Assembly (NCBI GenBank): GCA_032718475.1
Contig: JAUCBJ010007802.1
Span: 1 to 58,532, forward strand
DNA: 58,532 nucleotides
Direction: 5' to 3'
Source: Nemertoderma westbladi
Taxonomy: Eukaryota; Animalia; Xenacoelomorpha
The notes below the pieces were generated by a model. That model ran no database searches and was not told where the DNA came from. It was given only the letters and a program-made list of their open reading frames with translations. Both the position numbers and the translations under genes were made by a program. Positions 24,416 through 38,018 of this stretch are shown here, in pieces; position 1 is the first letter of the stretch; every line of letters begins with the position of its first letter.

Positions 24416-26860
24416 TATTTAATTTTATTTATGTCTGCTTCATCAGAAAGGTCACAGCTTATAATGTGTCCCAAGTAAGAAACCTGCTTAACACAGTCTA
24501 ACGGTTTTCCATTGAGATAGATGTCGCCTGCACGGTGAAAACGATAGGGCATAAAATACAAACAGTGTGATTTGAGTGGATTGAACAAAATATCAAATTT
24601 AGCGCCGTAACGCTCACATATCTTGACTACTGTAGTGCTCGTAACCCAAAAATACTCGGCGACAGTAAACACAGGTCATCTGCGTAAAATAAGTGATTTA
24701 AAAGACTCTTTCCAACTTTACAACCAACATTAGATTTGTTGAGTTCTAGGCCTACACTTAAGTCATTCATATAAATGTTAAATAAGAGAGGGCTGAGCAA
24801 ACTTCCTTGACGGACACCATTTGAATCCAAAAATGCACCGGAAGAAGCAGAACCCCAGCTAATATAAATTAGTTGATGGGAATACCAAAAGGCCAAGAGT
24901 CTTACAATACCAATAGATACACCAAGTTCAATTAGCTTTCGAAAAAGTTTACTATGATTGACGCGGTCAAACGCTTTCGAGGCGTCTAAGAAGGCAGTAT
25001 ACACAGGTGAGTCTTTACTAATGTATAAGTGAATTGTTTGTTTTAAGGCAAAAATACACATTTCTGTACCTAGGCCCTCTGCAAAACCGAACTGGTTGTC
25101 AGATATATTGGAATGCATGGCAACGAGCCGAAGCAAACACGTTTCCAAAACCTTAGAGCCAGCTGTAGCTTTGGCTATGGGTCGGTAATTCAAACGTTCG
25201 CTTATACTAGCGTTTTTATCTTTAATAATAGGCAACAAACTAGAACTAATTAACGATTGAGGCAAAAACCCATGAGTTATAAATGAATTGAACAATAAAC
25301 ACAAAATTACTGGCAAAAGGTTACCGCCAAAAATATAACTTTCAGGGAAGATGCCATCAGGCCCGGCAGCCTTTCCACACTGCAGACCGTTGATGGCATC
25401 TTTCACCTTATCAGCAGAAATATGGACATTATTGGAGCCGTCCCATTCAGAAAACTTACACTGCACAAAAGTAGAGTCAATTTCAGATACAGGGACAGAA
25501 TTAAAAATATCATAATAATTAGACTTAATCCGTGATTTCTTCCTCAGTGTGGGCGGAGCCGACAGAGGTTGCTAAACCCATTTTAGTAGTTGTTACTTTC
25601 TTTATTGAACTCCAAAAATCTTTTCTGGAGTTAATAAAAGAAGCCGCTAGGCGATCTGCTCGCAAAGCAACTTCCTCCCGTTTGCAATTTCGGAGAGCCA
25701 ATTTAAATTGCGCGGCAGTTTTTTTCTTTCTCCCATACAAGCCCAAACCTAGACCACCCTTGTTCGCACCAAATATGAAAAGCCTCCTGCGCCGCAGCCC
25801 GCTTTTCTTTTACAAACTCATTCCAGCCAGGAATGCAATTGGAGATTGAATTACCCCTTTTTTGAGGAAAAAATTTTGATGTACAGCTATGTAGAATATT
25901 AATAGTATCAGTATAACACGAATTTAGTGACATTTTATGGTTAATATTCTTACAATGAATAGCACAACATGTTAAAGCAGTATGGGGTAACTGTAATAAA
26001 CGTAGTTGTTCATCAACAGTTTGAGAATATTTTGAAATATTTTCACCGCTGGCTTTATCCCACGTTGCGTTATTGGTAAAAGTGACCTTATTACTACTGC
26101 CTGGTGTAGACGCACTAAGCAGCAAAGATACAGTCACTGAGACGGGTAAATGTTCATCATAAACAAGATCACGTAGGACAGTAATATTACTACAGTAATA
26201 GAGGAATAAAAGTCGGCGGTAGAAACGATGTGGTCTAACCACGACACTGTGCCATGTACATGGCTGGTAAATGAAAAAGTGTCATCGGGTAGAATATGTA
26301 AATCAGACCATATCAATGAAAAACAATCACAAAATAATTTCAGTTCATTACCAAACGGTCGATCGGGAGCAGTATTAAAGTCTCCCAAAATAGCACATTT
26401 AGAACCTGGGTGCTCAGCAATGTACGCAGAACATTCACCTAATAACTCTAGATACAAATCTAAATTATCAACGGATTCACAAGGCATATATACATTCAGT
26501 AACAGAGTGTTAGAACCGTCAGTACTTTTAATGTTACAACCAATAATTCTTTCATTAATATTGACTATATTTATTGAACTGGATAAATGTTTGCGCCATA
26601 AAACAGCCAACCCGCCAAAAGGACGGCCGACCAATGGACCATCAGCCAAATCGACGGAAGATACACCCGAACTAAAAAAGTCATTATGGAGCGAATTTAA
26701 TTTGGGCAATTTTTGCTTCACCAACCAGGTTTCCTGTAAAAAAAACGACGTCATGCGAGTCACATAAAGCCTTAATGACATCCGGGTTATTATTCAGGCC
26801 ACTGCAGTTATAAGTGCATATTCTAAGTGAGTTTAGGATAGTTTATGATCAATGATGAGT
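24416..26860 (-). mobile_element. Decayed, 3'-truncated non-LTR retrotransposon (APE endonuclease + RT; RTE-X-like)
   Basis: Frameshifted ORFs with endonuclease motifs TYNCSGL, LQETWL, GRPFGG, NVYMPC, GDFN and SWLDH, and RT motifs NYRPIA, QFGF, FLDASKAFD, GVRQGSLLSP, YADD and YLG. The clade call is tentative. Confidence 0.85.
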
Positions 26861-27607
26861 TTCACTGTAGAGTATATGAGAGCAAAAGTTATACTGTGTA
26901 TATAAAACAGATTAGATTAGTTAATAATATTGATATTATTAATTATTATTTATATTAATATTGATATTAATCAATAAACTTCCGATAAAACGCAACTGAA
27001 ACAACTATAAGAAACAAAGTTTTAATATTTTAGTTCTTGTTAGAATGTTTTTATCTCGCGACCAATATAAATGACAATTAATTTTGATGACAATTAACCA
27101 GACTCACAAAAATTGGTTTTACTAAAGTTTAACATTGTCACTCGAATGCACAGATCGAGTGGATGCGAATCTATTATTATAAAAGAAGAAATATTAGAAG
27201 TTAGTAAATTTGGCAATCGGGAAAGATATTATTATGTTATTATATCTTATTCTGAGTTTGTCCCAAAAGGCAGTTTATTTTAAAGCCAGCTTGATGGCTT
27301 TCTAGTACTAAATAATTTACAGTATAGTGGCTGTGTACTGTATTTGATGCAGGAATATACAGCGGTTGCTAGGGAAATGTCACATTGTTGCTATGGAAAC
27401 GTATACCCGACTTAAACTAACCAAGTTATACAATATGAATATTTCTTTATGGCGAGTTTCAATAACAGATACGACCAATTTTACCCGGTTGCTATGGAAA
27501 AATCACCCTTTTGGTACACAGGCTCAGATTAATCTCAACATTTTTTTTTACATATTTAGTGACATTTTCATGCTTTTGTCCGACAATTAACGATTTTCAC
27601 CGTAAAA

Positions 27608-28623
27608 CCCTATTTGGCCCGGGGGCCAAAGGGTAACTTGAGAATTTTTTGTAATTCAACTTTGAGTATCGTTGAGTCAGGTTTGTTGGGAAAACCGAGA
27701 TATCGTGATTGTTCCTAAAATTTAATTGACAATCCAACAGCGAAAACGCCATTTAAGTGGCTATGTTAGTTTTCGTGCTGTGGTCCCTTTGTGGCACCCA
27801 TCTCCATTATTTTTCGTGCAAAATTTTCAAAAGTTTTTATGGCTCGCTAAACTTATTAATTTGCGGTATAGAGCGGTTTTTTTGCATGCTGATCACGATT
27901 ATAGAACTCAAATATAACATTCGTGAAAAGTTTTGGTAATTTTGAATGTGCCCCAAGGGGCACAAAAAACAAGTAGTAGTGCAAATATGATAATGAAAAA
28001 TAACCACAAAATCACAATTGATTTTATGACCATATGGTTTTTTTGGAATGCTGAACACGAATGACACTGAAATATATCGTACCTTTTTGATGTTGATTAT
28101 GGCATATATGGATATGGTGTCTATAAGCGGCACGAAAAATACAAGTAGCACAAATTTAAAAATGAAAAATAATTTTAATGTGGTCAAATCAACACGATTT
28201 TAAGACATTATGGGTTTTCAGGGACGCTGATCACGAATATGACACTCAAAAATATCGTATTATCTAACCAAATTCGATTTTTTGCCATTTGAAATTTTAT
28301 ACTACCTTTATTTTTCGACCCACTAGACAAACACCAAAAATGACAGTTGCGTTACCACGAATGATTTTTAACGAGTTTTATCGCAATCAGCGGTCTTGAA
28401 AACCAGTGTATAGTTTCAGGATCGTCAAAACAAACACAAAACGTTTTAGTTTCAAATTTTTTTACTTGTACTTTTCGTCCTGGGGGACCAAATAGCACCA
28501 AAAATGATGGTTCATGGCTAGAATTTTTTTTAACAAGTTTTATCGTGATCAGCGACCTCGAAAACCCTTCTTATACCATCAAAAAAATTTCCAAAATGCC
28601 CCCCCCCCCCGGGCCAGATAGGG
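27608..28623. mobile_element. Non-autonomous TIR element (MITE-like, piggyBac-style CCC...GGG ends)
   Basis: CCCTATTTGGCCCGGGGG at the left end and CCCCCGGGCCAGATAGGG followed by TTAA at the right end; the left target copy is degenerate. Internal subrepeats (gctgatcacga; atcagcg..ct.gaaaacc) are present and there is no credible ORF. Confidence 0.65.
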
Positions 28624-28900
28624 TTAAGCGTCCCACTAATTACTATTACTTGACACTTGTCAACAACCCGTAGTTCCAGGGATTATAATAATTACTGAAG
28701 GTGATGCTGCTTTTTGTATTCTCTGCAATAAACTTTATCTAAACTGTGTATTTCGGGTGATACTGATAAACATAACTATGACGTTAGATAATGAATGACA
28801 GTTGTTACGGAATCAAAGTAAATAAAAAAAAGCGTATGAATTTAACTGTATTAACTTGTATTATATTGCATAATCACTGCCATTTAGTAACAATTCGACT

Positions 28901-30973
28901 CTACATCACGGTAACATTACGGAACTGCTGAAGAGTAACGGCACTTAGGAATGCTGGAATCGAACAGTTCTGCGAGTTGTTTAAGTATTCCTCGGCTAAC
29001 CCAGACAGACTAGAGGCGAATTCCGACTCAACAAGACACAGTTCCCCTGAGTCCAGTCGCTGGAACAATAAATGGTCGTCCTCTCTGTCCGAGTAAATCG
29101 GTTTCAGTTTGTACCAATCGGGCGTCTTATTGGTTATATCGTAACCAAGGAGACGGTAAACAACCTCCCTCAGTGTGTGCGCTCTCTTCCTAAACGCCTC
29201 CCCTACCTCCTTCATGCTTTTCTCCTTCTGTTCGATGACTTTCTGAAGTTCCTTGACGCGCTCTGAGTCCACCGAGAGGGACACATCGTTACCCACCGTC
29301 TGGCTCATCTCGTGTTCCGCCACTATTCTGGAACGCAGCGCTTTATTATCGTTCCTCAGCCGTTCCATCTCGGCTCGCATATCTAGCCGAGCCGTTGCCG
29401 ACGGGTTCACGGTCAAATGGATCACCTTGAGGGCTGTTGGATCGAAGTAACCCTGGTTGTTGTATAACTCAAGAAGATCCTTGAGTCCCTCGGTCTCCGT
29501 GACTCTATCCTCAAACTCCTTGACAAGGTCTGCCTTCTCAGTCTCGAGATCTGTAATCCGTTGACGCAGTTCCACATTAACTTCCTTATTGAATCGATCC
29601 GATAGAGGCGTCTCCGACTGGCTACTATTGGCTTCCTCTCTAACAACCTCCCCCATCCCTTCCACCTTACTCTGCAGCCTCTCAACCTCTTCCTCCAGAG
29701 CTGCATTCACCTCCCTATACTCCTTGATCACTCTATCCATATCTTCCAACCCCGCGCTCCCATTGGCTAGAACCTCATCATTAGAGTAGCTATCCAATAT
29801 ATTCCTCAAACTATTCCGTTCTAGAACAGTTACATTCACTTTCCTCTGCAACTTCTTTATCATCTCAGTCTGTACTCTATTCCGATGGTTGGCCTCCAAC
29901 AATCCTTTATCCGTATCCCTATTAGTCGCCCTCTCATTGGCTAACTCCATCTCCAAATTCTCCATTGCGACCCGCAGCTTACTCTCCCTGTCCATAAGAA
30001 CGACCTCCCGTCTCTGTAACTGAGTGACCTGCACAGAGTTCACGGTCTCCGGGATATTAGAGGATAATTTTACCAACTTATCCTTTAATTCGCCATTCTC
30101 CATCTCGAGTACTAACAGCTGTTTCACCTGGTTCTCCGCCCTATTCAACTTCTCCTTTAGCGATTCCTTCTCCTCCTCCAACAGGTATCTGTTGGACTCC
30201 GCCGACCTCAGCAGTTCAACCTCAGTCTCCAACTGGTTGCACTTCTTCTCCAACTCCTGTGCATGCGAGGCGTGACTCTTAAATATATTCTTCAACGTAT
30301 TGTCTTCCTCCACGCGCTCGGCTTTCGACTTGTACCGCTTCTCTCTGTCGAGCGAATTGTCAAGGTCTTTCTTAACATCGTTGTAATCACTCACCCGGTC
30401 TTCCATATCATCCAGTTTCTTATTTAGCGAATCAATCGATGCGTTCTTAATCTTTATTTCCAGATTTGTTTGAGAAAGTTCCATTTGTAAGTTAATTATT
30501 TCCCTGGCAGTATTTATTTTTAAATTACTCAACGTCTGATCGACTTCAGTATATTTCTCTTCGATCGCGATTTTCTCTCGATTCAAGGCGTCTATTCGAT
30601 TATCATATTCCAGTTTAATAGAAACAACTTGATCTCGTAGATGAATATTTTCTCCTTCCAAAAGTTCGAGTTTATCAGCCAATAACGAGACCCGGCCTTT
30701 AGTAACCGCGGTGTTTCTGACTTCCCGCTCCATTCTATCTTTGGAGATTTCGACATCGCGATCAGCTTCGATCTTCCGCTTTTTAGCTTCGGTTTCTAAA
30801 CTATTTACTTTATGCTGCAGTTGTGTAACGAGTGCTTTACTGTGACACTCGTTTCCAGCATTCAGCCTCCGATATAAATCGGTGGATGATGTGTGGGCAA
30901 TTTTGGCAGCCAAGGGATTTTTAGCAGCAGTGACACCGGTACCGGTATATCTAGACTGGTGTCCTCTATCCAT
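28901..30973 (-). CDS. MAD1L1: Mitotic spindle assembly checkpoint protein MAD1, single exon (~690 aa)
   Basis: Long coiled coil, the Mad2-interaction motif KVIHLTVNP, and a C-terminal RWD-like domain (REVVYRLLGY...YKLKPIYS...LLF...ESEF...SIPAFLSAVTL). The first ATG in the ORF is at 30973. Confidence 0.9.
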   Translation of the reverse strand: MDRGHQSRYTGTGVTAAKNPLAAKIAHTSSTDLYRRLNAGNECHSKALVTQLQHKVNSLETEAKKRKIEADRDVEISKDRMEREVRNTAVTKGRVSLLADKLELLEGENIHLRDQVVSIKLEYDNRIDALNREKIAIEEKYTEVDQTLSNLKINTAREIINLQMELSQTNLEIKIKNASIDSLNKKLDDMEDRVSDYNDVKKDLDNSLDREKRYKSKAERVEEDNTLKNIFKSHASHAQELEKKCNQLETEVELLRSAESNRYLLEEEKESLKEKLNRAENQVKQLLVLEMENGELKDKLVKLSSNIPETVNSVQVTQLQRREVVLMDRESKLRVAMENLEMELANERATNRDTDKGLLEANHRNRVQTEMIKKLQRKVNVTVLERNSLRNILDSYSNDEVLANGSAGLEDMDRVIKEYREVNAALEEEVERLQSKVEGMGEVVREEANSSQSETPLSDRFNKEVNVELRQRITDLETEKADLVKEFEDRVTETEGLKDLLELYNNQGYFDPTALKVIHLTVNPSATARLDMRAEMERLRNDNKALRSRIVAEHEMSQTVGNDVSLSVDSERVKELQKVIEQKEKSMKEVGEAFRKRAHTLREVVYRLLGYDITNKTPDWYKLKPIYSDREDDHLLFQRLDSGELCLVESEFASSLSGLAEEYLNNSQNCSIPAFLSAVTLQQFRNVTVM

Positions 30974-31949
30974 TTTTATCACATACAGACATAGGCCTAC
31001 TACAGTACTATTGGTACTCACTAGTCTGTTTGTACTGGTAGGGGTAAGTATAAGTTTGGTTTTGACCTAGGTACATAGCAGCATAGCTGCACTGCCTACA
31101 GTCAGATAGATCTAGAACGTTGTGTATTTAATTAATAGAATAAATGGCCTGCAGCGGAAGCAAATACATGCAAAATTCGAATGCCCATATCTCAGCTATT
31201 TCCCAACCAAATTCAAATATTTTTACATATTTGGAATCCTTGCACGGTCAGCTTTCTACAAGTACCAACAAATCACTAAATCTTTGAAGAATAACTGCGG
31301 TGTAACTGGTGCAATATCGATGGAGACACTTTTTTTAAAAGCTTGTACAGTAGCTAAAGAATGAAAGCAAAAATAAAAATTCTGGCTCACCCACGTTAGT
31401 TAGCTAACTTAGCTAAGTTAACTAAGTATAAATATGTTGTTTTATGGTTCCCGTACTCAAACTAATTAAACACGAAAACCGAAATTGAATCACCATTACA
31501 AGAAAAACCCCATAATAAAATCTTACATTGGGCGACGGTGTGGCTCTATATTGATTGTTAGGCAGAGCGATCAACATTGCCAAACAATCAATATTCTTTA
31601 AAACGTTAAAACGGACATCGGAAAATAAATGAGGAATTTCTGGTCGTTGGTGTACTTGTACTTATGTTACTATTATCATTTTTGGACAGAAATAATGACA
31701 GTCCCTCAGCAGCACATACATTAGTTCATGATTTTATGCAGCCATTGTTGTACAAATAAGCGGCAGCCAATAAGTCATTATTTATACAAAAATATCAATA
31801 TAATTCAGCAAAATATCTATATAATTCACCAAACTATTTATCGAGATTATAATTTACCCAAAAATGTAAATTGTAGCCACTGTAGTAACCAGGCTTTTTG
31901 CAGCCAAAAGAATGCGGATGTTTTAGAAAGACCATATGGCTACATTCTA

Positions 31950-34900
31950 GTAGTACTGTAGTATTTTATTGACATTGATAATATTGTTAATAATATAAAG
32001 CACAGCACAATCACAAATAATAAGCGAAATAGGAAATGAAGGAACTGTTAAACCGTATTCAATAAATAGTACCTAATTATAATGTCCAAAATATTCAAAT
32101 GATATAAACAACGATAGTTCGATACTAATATAGTAATTACAGTATATATATATAAGTACTAATCGCCGAAGACCTGTATTACTTCGTATATATATTTACA
32201 TAGAGATCCTAAATTATTATTATTACCATAGAATAATACATTAACGTTATCAAAATCCAAATTTTCATATTTATTCCGTAATTTTGTGGTTAAAAGGCAG
32301 AAAAGTAAAACATGGGGTTCATTTTGTACAGAAATTTTGTCGCACTCACACACCTGCTGTTCGGTTGGGATTTGGCTCCATCTACCCTTTTCTAACTTTA
32401 GGTTGTGTGACATTAGTCTAATACGGGTGAACCATATCCGGATATAATCTGGCAGGTATAGGTCGCGTTTTTTATACAACTGGTGTGGTTCGAGCTTGGG
32501 GTTCATTATTTCGCGATATGTCCAGAATTTTGTTTTTGATTCATCTTTAGATCTAATTTTACTGCGAACTGGTTTCAAAGTATCACCATCTACTGATAGG
32601 TCATTATCAGTTAAAATTTTATAGGCCGGTGTATTTGCAGATTTACAGAGCTCGTATACTTGGTAAAATGGGATATCTATATCTGTGTTCTTTAACATCT
32701 TTGATAGATTATTTTTCCGAGAGTTACAAATACGGGACTCAAGAGGTTGGATTCCGGCTTCAATTAAACATAGATCAATCGGAGTCCGTCGTCTAACACC
32801 AAGGAGCGTCCTTACCATACGGTTATAGTATTTTTCGACTATTTTTGTATTGCATGTGAGCCAAGATTCGGATGCGTAGGTAAGTGATGCTAATATTCCG
32901 GTTTCAAATACTTGTCGTTTTAGAATGAACGGCATACTTGTGTTTTTCGCACAAAAAATGGCAAATTTGTTAGCGGTTTCTTCCCAGTGGGGTTCCTGAG
33001 ATTTGAAACATGAGGTCATTTTACCATCACTTGTAAAAACTGCACCTAAATTTACATAATTTGTACAATGAGAAACGGAACATGAATCACTAAGTACGAA
33101 TGGTTCCTTGTCATCCTCAGTACCGTTGATTACAAAAAATTTTGTTTTTTTTGGGTTAATAACCATTCCAGAATAGTTACAATAATCGTAAAGTGCATTT
33201 AGTTTACTTGTACATGTTCGCCGTGATGTAGATAAGATGACAGTGTCATCCATTAACGAAAGTACCTGGATTGCTCCAAGGAAACCATCACTAGAAACAG
33301 CATCAAATATCATAGTAACTAACTTACTTAAATATAAACAAAACAAGGTGCCGCTAGATGGCGCCCCTTGTCTAACACCTATTGTAGAAATAATACATGC
33401 AGTTTTTAGTATACTTTTAGTAGATGAATACAAGGCTTTTATTGATAATATAAATAATTTACCGCAACCTAAAGATCTCAAGTATTGTAACATCTTATCT
33501 CTCGGCACTTTGTCATATGCTTTACAAAAATCCACAAATACAATAAATAATTTAACCTTTTTATATACAGCATAATCGATAAGTAACCTAAGAGACAGAA
33601 TGTGTTCCAGACAGCCACGGCCTTTCTGAGCACCGGCTTGACATTTATTAATATTGCACCACTTAATTAAACGGTTATTCAGTAATATATCATAAATCGT
33701 GGCTAGACTAGTCATAATACTAATGCCCCTGTAGTTTCCGCAGATTAAATGATTACCGAATTTAAAAATAGTCACCAGCTTACTAACTCCCCAAGAGGTA
33801 GGGATAATGTTACTTTGAAAAATACAGTTAAATAAGGATAGGAAGAATAATAGCCAGTTACCGGGTAACCAGGTAAAATCCCCGGGCTGATTCCAATGTA
33901 ACCTTTGTTAGTATTTAGGCTAGACATAGCTTCGGCTAGTTCACGTTCAGTAAATGGGTCGTCAACGTGATACAGTCAGGTATAGTCAGTCCGTCATTGG
34001 GGTTCAGTAACTTCTCAAAGTGTTGCTTAAAGTCGTGGTCGTTGGGTGAGTCATCACTTCCGGTAGACGGTTCGTTAATATTACCTTTCCAGTCTATGGA
34101 TCGCCATATCGTTCTGGAGTCATTGGTTTTAAGAATACGTTCCCAACGAGACATAGACGGGTCAACAGGTCGGTTGTCTGGCGGGCGGGTATAGTTCTTA
34201 GCAGTTGAGTTAATCGTCTCCGATGCCCTACACAATAGGTCATCAAGACTGGGTAAGTCTTCGGATATGTTGCATAAATCTGGTGTTGTAATATTACTCA
34301 TCGCGGATGTAAATGACGATTGGTCAGTCGTGTGGTGGGGAGATCCCCGTCGTTCGTGTGTAACAGAGTTTGATGTGGGTTTGATTATATATTGACATCC
34401 TAAACTATTAGCTCGTTCTAACAATTCAGTGGAATAACAACTATGTGATATATTTACATTAACACAAATAGAGAGAGGAGCACGGTCCGACCCAGCGCGT
34501 TGGTTATCAATCACAAGATTACAAATACAATCTAAACAATTACTACTGGATATACACAAGTCTAGTTCCGATATCCATAGGTTGCCTTTCCGGTAAGACA
34601 GCCCAGCCCCATAATTGCACTTGGTAGTTTTTAAATGGTTCACAATAACAGAGCTAGTACCTGCACAAATATTACGTAGACTATGACCATTAGCATTAAT
34701 AACATCATCAACAATGCCGATGTATTCGGCTTGTTCATTCAAAAAACAAATATCTGGTTTACCTACTCTAGCATTTAAATCACCTAAAACTATACAACTT
34801 TCATTATATAACAGTGTATGTACTATGTAAATATGCGAAAAGGGAATCGTCATAGTACGGTGAGTCCCTCGGAAGAATATAGCAGCCACAAAATAGTAAG

Positions 34901-35125
34901 TTCGGGTTAAATGTAAAGCTAACATAAATTTGACCTTTTTGTTTTGAAATTTTGAAGGGTGTGGGTAATGGGTGAAACCCGGGATCCTGAGTTTAGCATT
35001 AGTTTTAACATCTGATAACCAAATAATGTCAAAATCGTTTTAAGTAACTGATAATCGAGTCGTCTTCGAGTTTATCCTTAACACCGCAAATATTCCAGGA
35101 ACAGAGTTTGAGTTTTTTTCATGTC
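31950..35125 (-). mobile_element. Decayed non-LTR retrotransposon (APE + RT)
   Basis: Endonuclease motifs SWNICGV, GDLNARVG and SELDL. RT motifs NYRGISI, QAG, FVDFCKAYD, GVRQG and LMDD, with a C-terminal CEC...EPHVLLFC. An AATAAA lies near 31970 on the minus strand. Several frameshifts. Confidence 0.85.
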
Positions 35126-35289
35126 GTAGAGGATTCAACCAGTGACTGTGCTGCGTAACCCTACATTGCAGCTAAAATACAACCGGTGTCACTCTGTATA
35201 TATCATGATGCAACCAATAAGCCATTATTCATATAATCCATTGACACCACATGCTGCATTGTACATCTATATGTCTATAAATCTTAATA

Positions 35290-36343
35290 TCCATAGAAGT
35301 AATCAAATGCTGGAAATCCTAAGAGCTTATGGAATACCAGAAGTAATTGTTGCTGGCATTGGATTGTTATATTGTGACACAGAAGCGCAGGTACTCTCAC
35401 CAGATGGTGAAACTGAGTTCTTCTCAATCATGGCTAGAGTACTGCATGGTGACACATTGGGGCCATTACTATTCGTAATTGTACTGGAATAAGCAATGAG
35501 GACGGCCACAAATGGTGAAGATCCGAGATTCACACTACAAGAACGCAGAAGTAGTAGATATCCGGCAACTACAGTCACAGACACCGACTTTGCGGATGAC
35601 ATCGCCCTGCTCTCTAATACGCTAGCAGATGCACAGCTTCTACTAAATAAAGTGGAGAGGGCTGTTAAGGATGTTGGATTGCATATAAATGTTACCTAGA
35701 CCGAATTCATGACTTTTAATGTTCATGGAAACTTGACAACCATTGATAATAATCAACTAAGGAAGGTCGACGACTTCCAGTACCTTGGATCATGGATAGA
35801 GAGTAGCAAAAAGGACATAGAAGTTAGGAAAGCAAAGGCTTGGGTAGCTCTATCAAAAATGGATACCATCTGGAAATCAGATCTCTCCAGGCACCTGAAG
35901 ACTTAGTTCTTTCGAGCCACATTGGAAAGTGTACTTCTATACGGGGGTGAGACCTGGAAACTGACTAAATCACTTGAACAACGAATTGATGGTTGCTACA
36001 CAAGACTAATAAGGGCAGCCCTAAACATCAGCTGGAGACAACACATGACAAACGCCGAGCTTTATGGTACAATACCACCTGTATCAACCACCCTCCGTGA
36101 ACGCAGATTAAGATTCAGTGGGCACTGCTGGCGAAGTAAAGACGAGGTCCATACCAGATCTACTTTTCTGGCAACCAACTCATGGAAAGCGTAGTCGTGG
36201 ACGACCGGCCATAACATATATAAACCAACTTGAAATGGATACTGAACTTGAGAGAAACAAATTGCGACAACTATGGAGAATCGGGAAGCCTGGAAGGATC
36301 TCATTTCCACTGTCCGAGTTCGCTCGACCTAGTAGTAGTAGTA
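35290..36343 (+). mobile_element. 5'-truncated, decayed RTE-clade LINE
   Basis: LRAYGIP...GDTL.P.LF...DFADD...FQYLGS...VLLYG.ETW...RRLRF.GHCWR...WQPTHGKRSRGRP with in-frame stops; (TAG)n tail at ~36330-36342. Confidence 0.85.
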
Positions 36344-36511
36344 TTACATTATTAGGATTATATGTGTCCATTCTATATGTTACAGGTACTTACATATGTT
36401 TAATATAAATATATTTTAAAATAAAAATACAGAAGTCAATTATTAGTATTTTGTAATATATTATTATGCACATTAAACACTAAAATGTTATTAGTATAAA
36501 ATTAATATAAA

Positions 36512-38018
36512 CTATTGATGAATATCATGAACTAAGAGTTGACTATTAATCGAGACTAATTCTTCGAGAATTTCTAAAGAAACAGCCAACAGTTGCGATG
36601 CGAAACCATCCCCTGAGGAGAGCGCTGTCTGACAACGACTCCTCCAAGCTGCTTCCAACGGAATTACCTCGTTAGAGCCATTCATCAACTGGTTAACCTC
36701 GTCCGCTGATAGATTCAGTATAGACTTAGCCACCTCGGTGGCGCGACTCAGACTATCATCAGACGAAGCGGTCGTATTGGCTGTAACCTTGGCAATCTCG
36801 GAGCGACCGCGACGCCATCTGTGCAGCAGCTCCCCTAAGAGACTCTGAACGAAAGCCGTGAACTCCTCAATAGTGGCAGAGCTCGCCGTCTGATGGCGCT
36901 GCTTACGCCCCTCATGATCTTCCAATTTAACGATCTGATCTTTACAAACTATCTCGAGTTTTCTGTTCAACCTCTCCAGCTCCATAACGTTGTTCTTCAG
37001 TCTGTCCACCTCCTTATTCAACCTACTGACCTCCGCATTGGCCTCTCTATGTAACTCAACATCTCGAGTCCATTGCTTTTTAACTAACTCGATCTGACGT
37101 CTTCCCAACAAAACCTGCTCGTTGAGTTCCTTTATACGGTTCTTGGTATCATCATTAACCTTCTCATCTACGTCCTTCATCTCAACAACGCCCTTCATCT
37201 TACTCCTTAATGTCTCCACTAACTGTCGCTTCTGGTTAAGGTCCCGCTCCTTTCGGTTCAGCGAATCCCTCATCCTTCCCAACTCCGTCTGAAGTCCATC
37301 TCTCTCGACCTTCAGCGATTTAATCTGGGCGTTCTGTTGGGCGATCTGGGCGTTCTGTTGGGCGCCCCTCTGCACCACCAGCTGGGAGCCGCCACCCACT
37401 CTGCCCGTTTCGCTACGCGTTTCGTTCCGTTTCGCTTCCAGAACCGCTTTCTGCCCCAGTAGTACCTCAACCTCCGCTGTCTGACGTCGGACGGTTGTCC
37501 GCGACGACTCCAGCCGACCTCTCAGTGTCCGACACTCGTCCGACAGCCGTCGGACCTCTGTTTCTTCCTCGTTTGCCCGTCGTCTTGCCTCCTCCTTAGC
37601 TGCGCGAAGTCCCTCCACCGTAGAACCGAGGGTCCGTAATCTGCGCTGCAGTTCCACCACTAGCCGTCGGTCAATGACCCCACGATTTCGATGACCATGG
37701 TTCCGCTGACTCAACCCATGGTTCCGCTGACTCATCCCATGGTTCCGCTGACTCATCCCATGGTTCCGATGATTCAGGTTTACCCGAGCGATGTGCTTCC
37801 AGTAGGAGGCGAGTTGCCGCCACTCCTGCAAGGCGGTTATCTTCCTGTCCATCGGTTCCTCCAATACATTGTCATCATTAACCTCATCTGGTTCCCTCGG
37901 CCCAGGGAATCTCATTGGTTCACTGAACCTTACCGGCTGTTTCTTCCGTTTAAACACTCCCGAATTACTTTGCGATATTCCGTCTCTCTTTACAGAGGTT
38001 AAACGATCTTTATAATAT
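36512..38018 (-). CDS. CNTLN: Centlein-like protein, last exon
   Basis: Coiled-coil ORF with the C-terminal AKSILNLS motif resembling centlein. The acceptor TTTTATATTACAG|A (phase 2) is compatible with the donor at 42520. Confidence 0.7.
37693..37770 (-). repeat. 21-bp in-frame coding repeat (RNHG[M/L]SQ, ~3.5 copies)
   Basis: Tandem copies of ccatggttccgctgactcatc. Confidence 0.85.
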
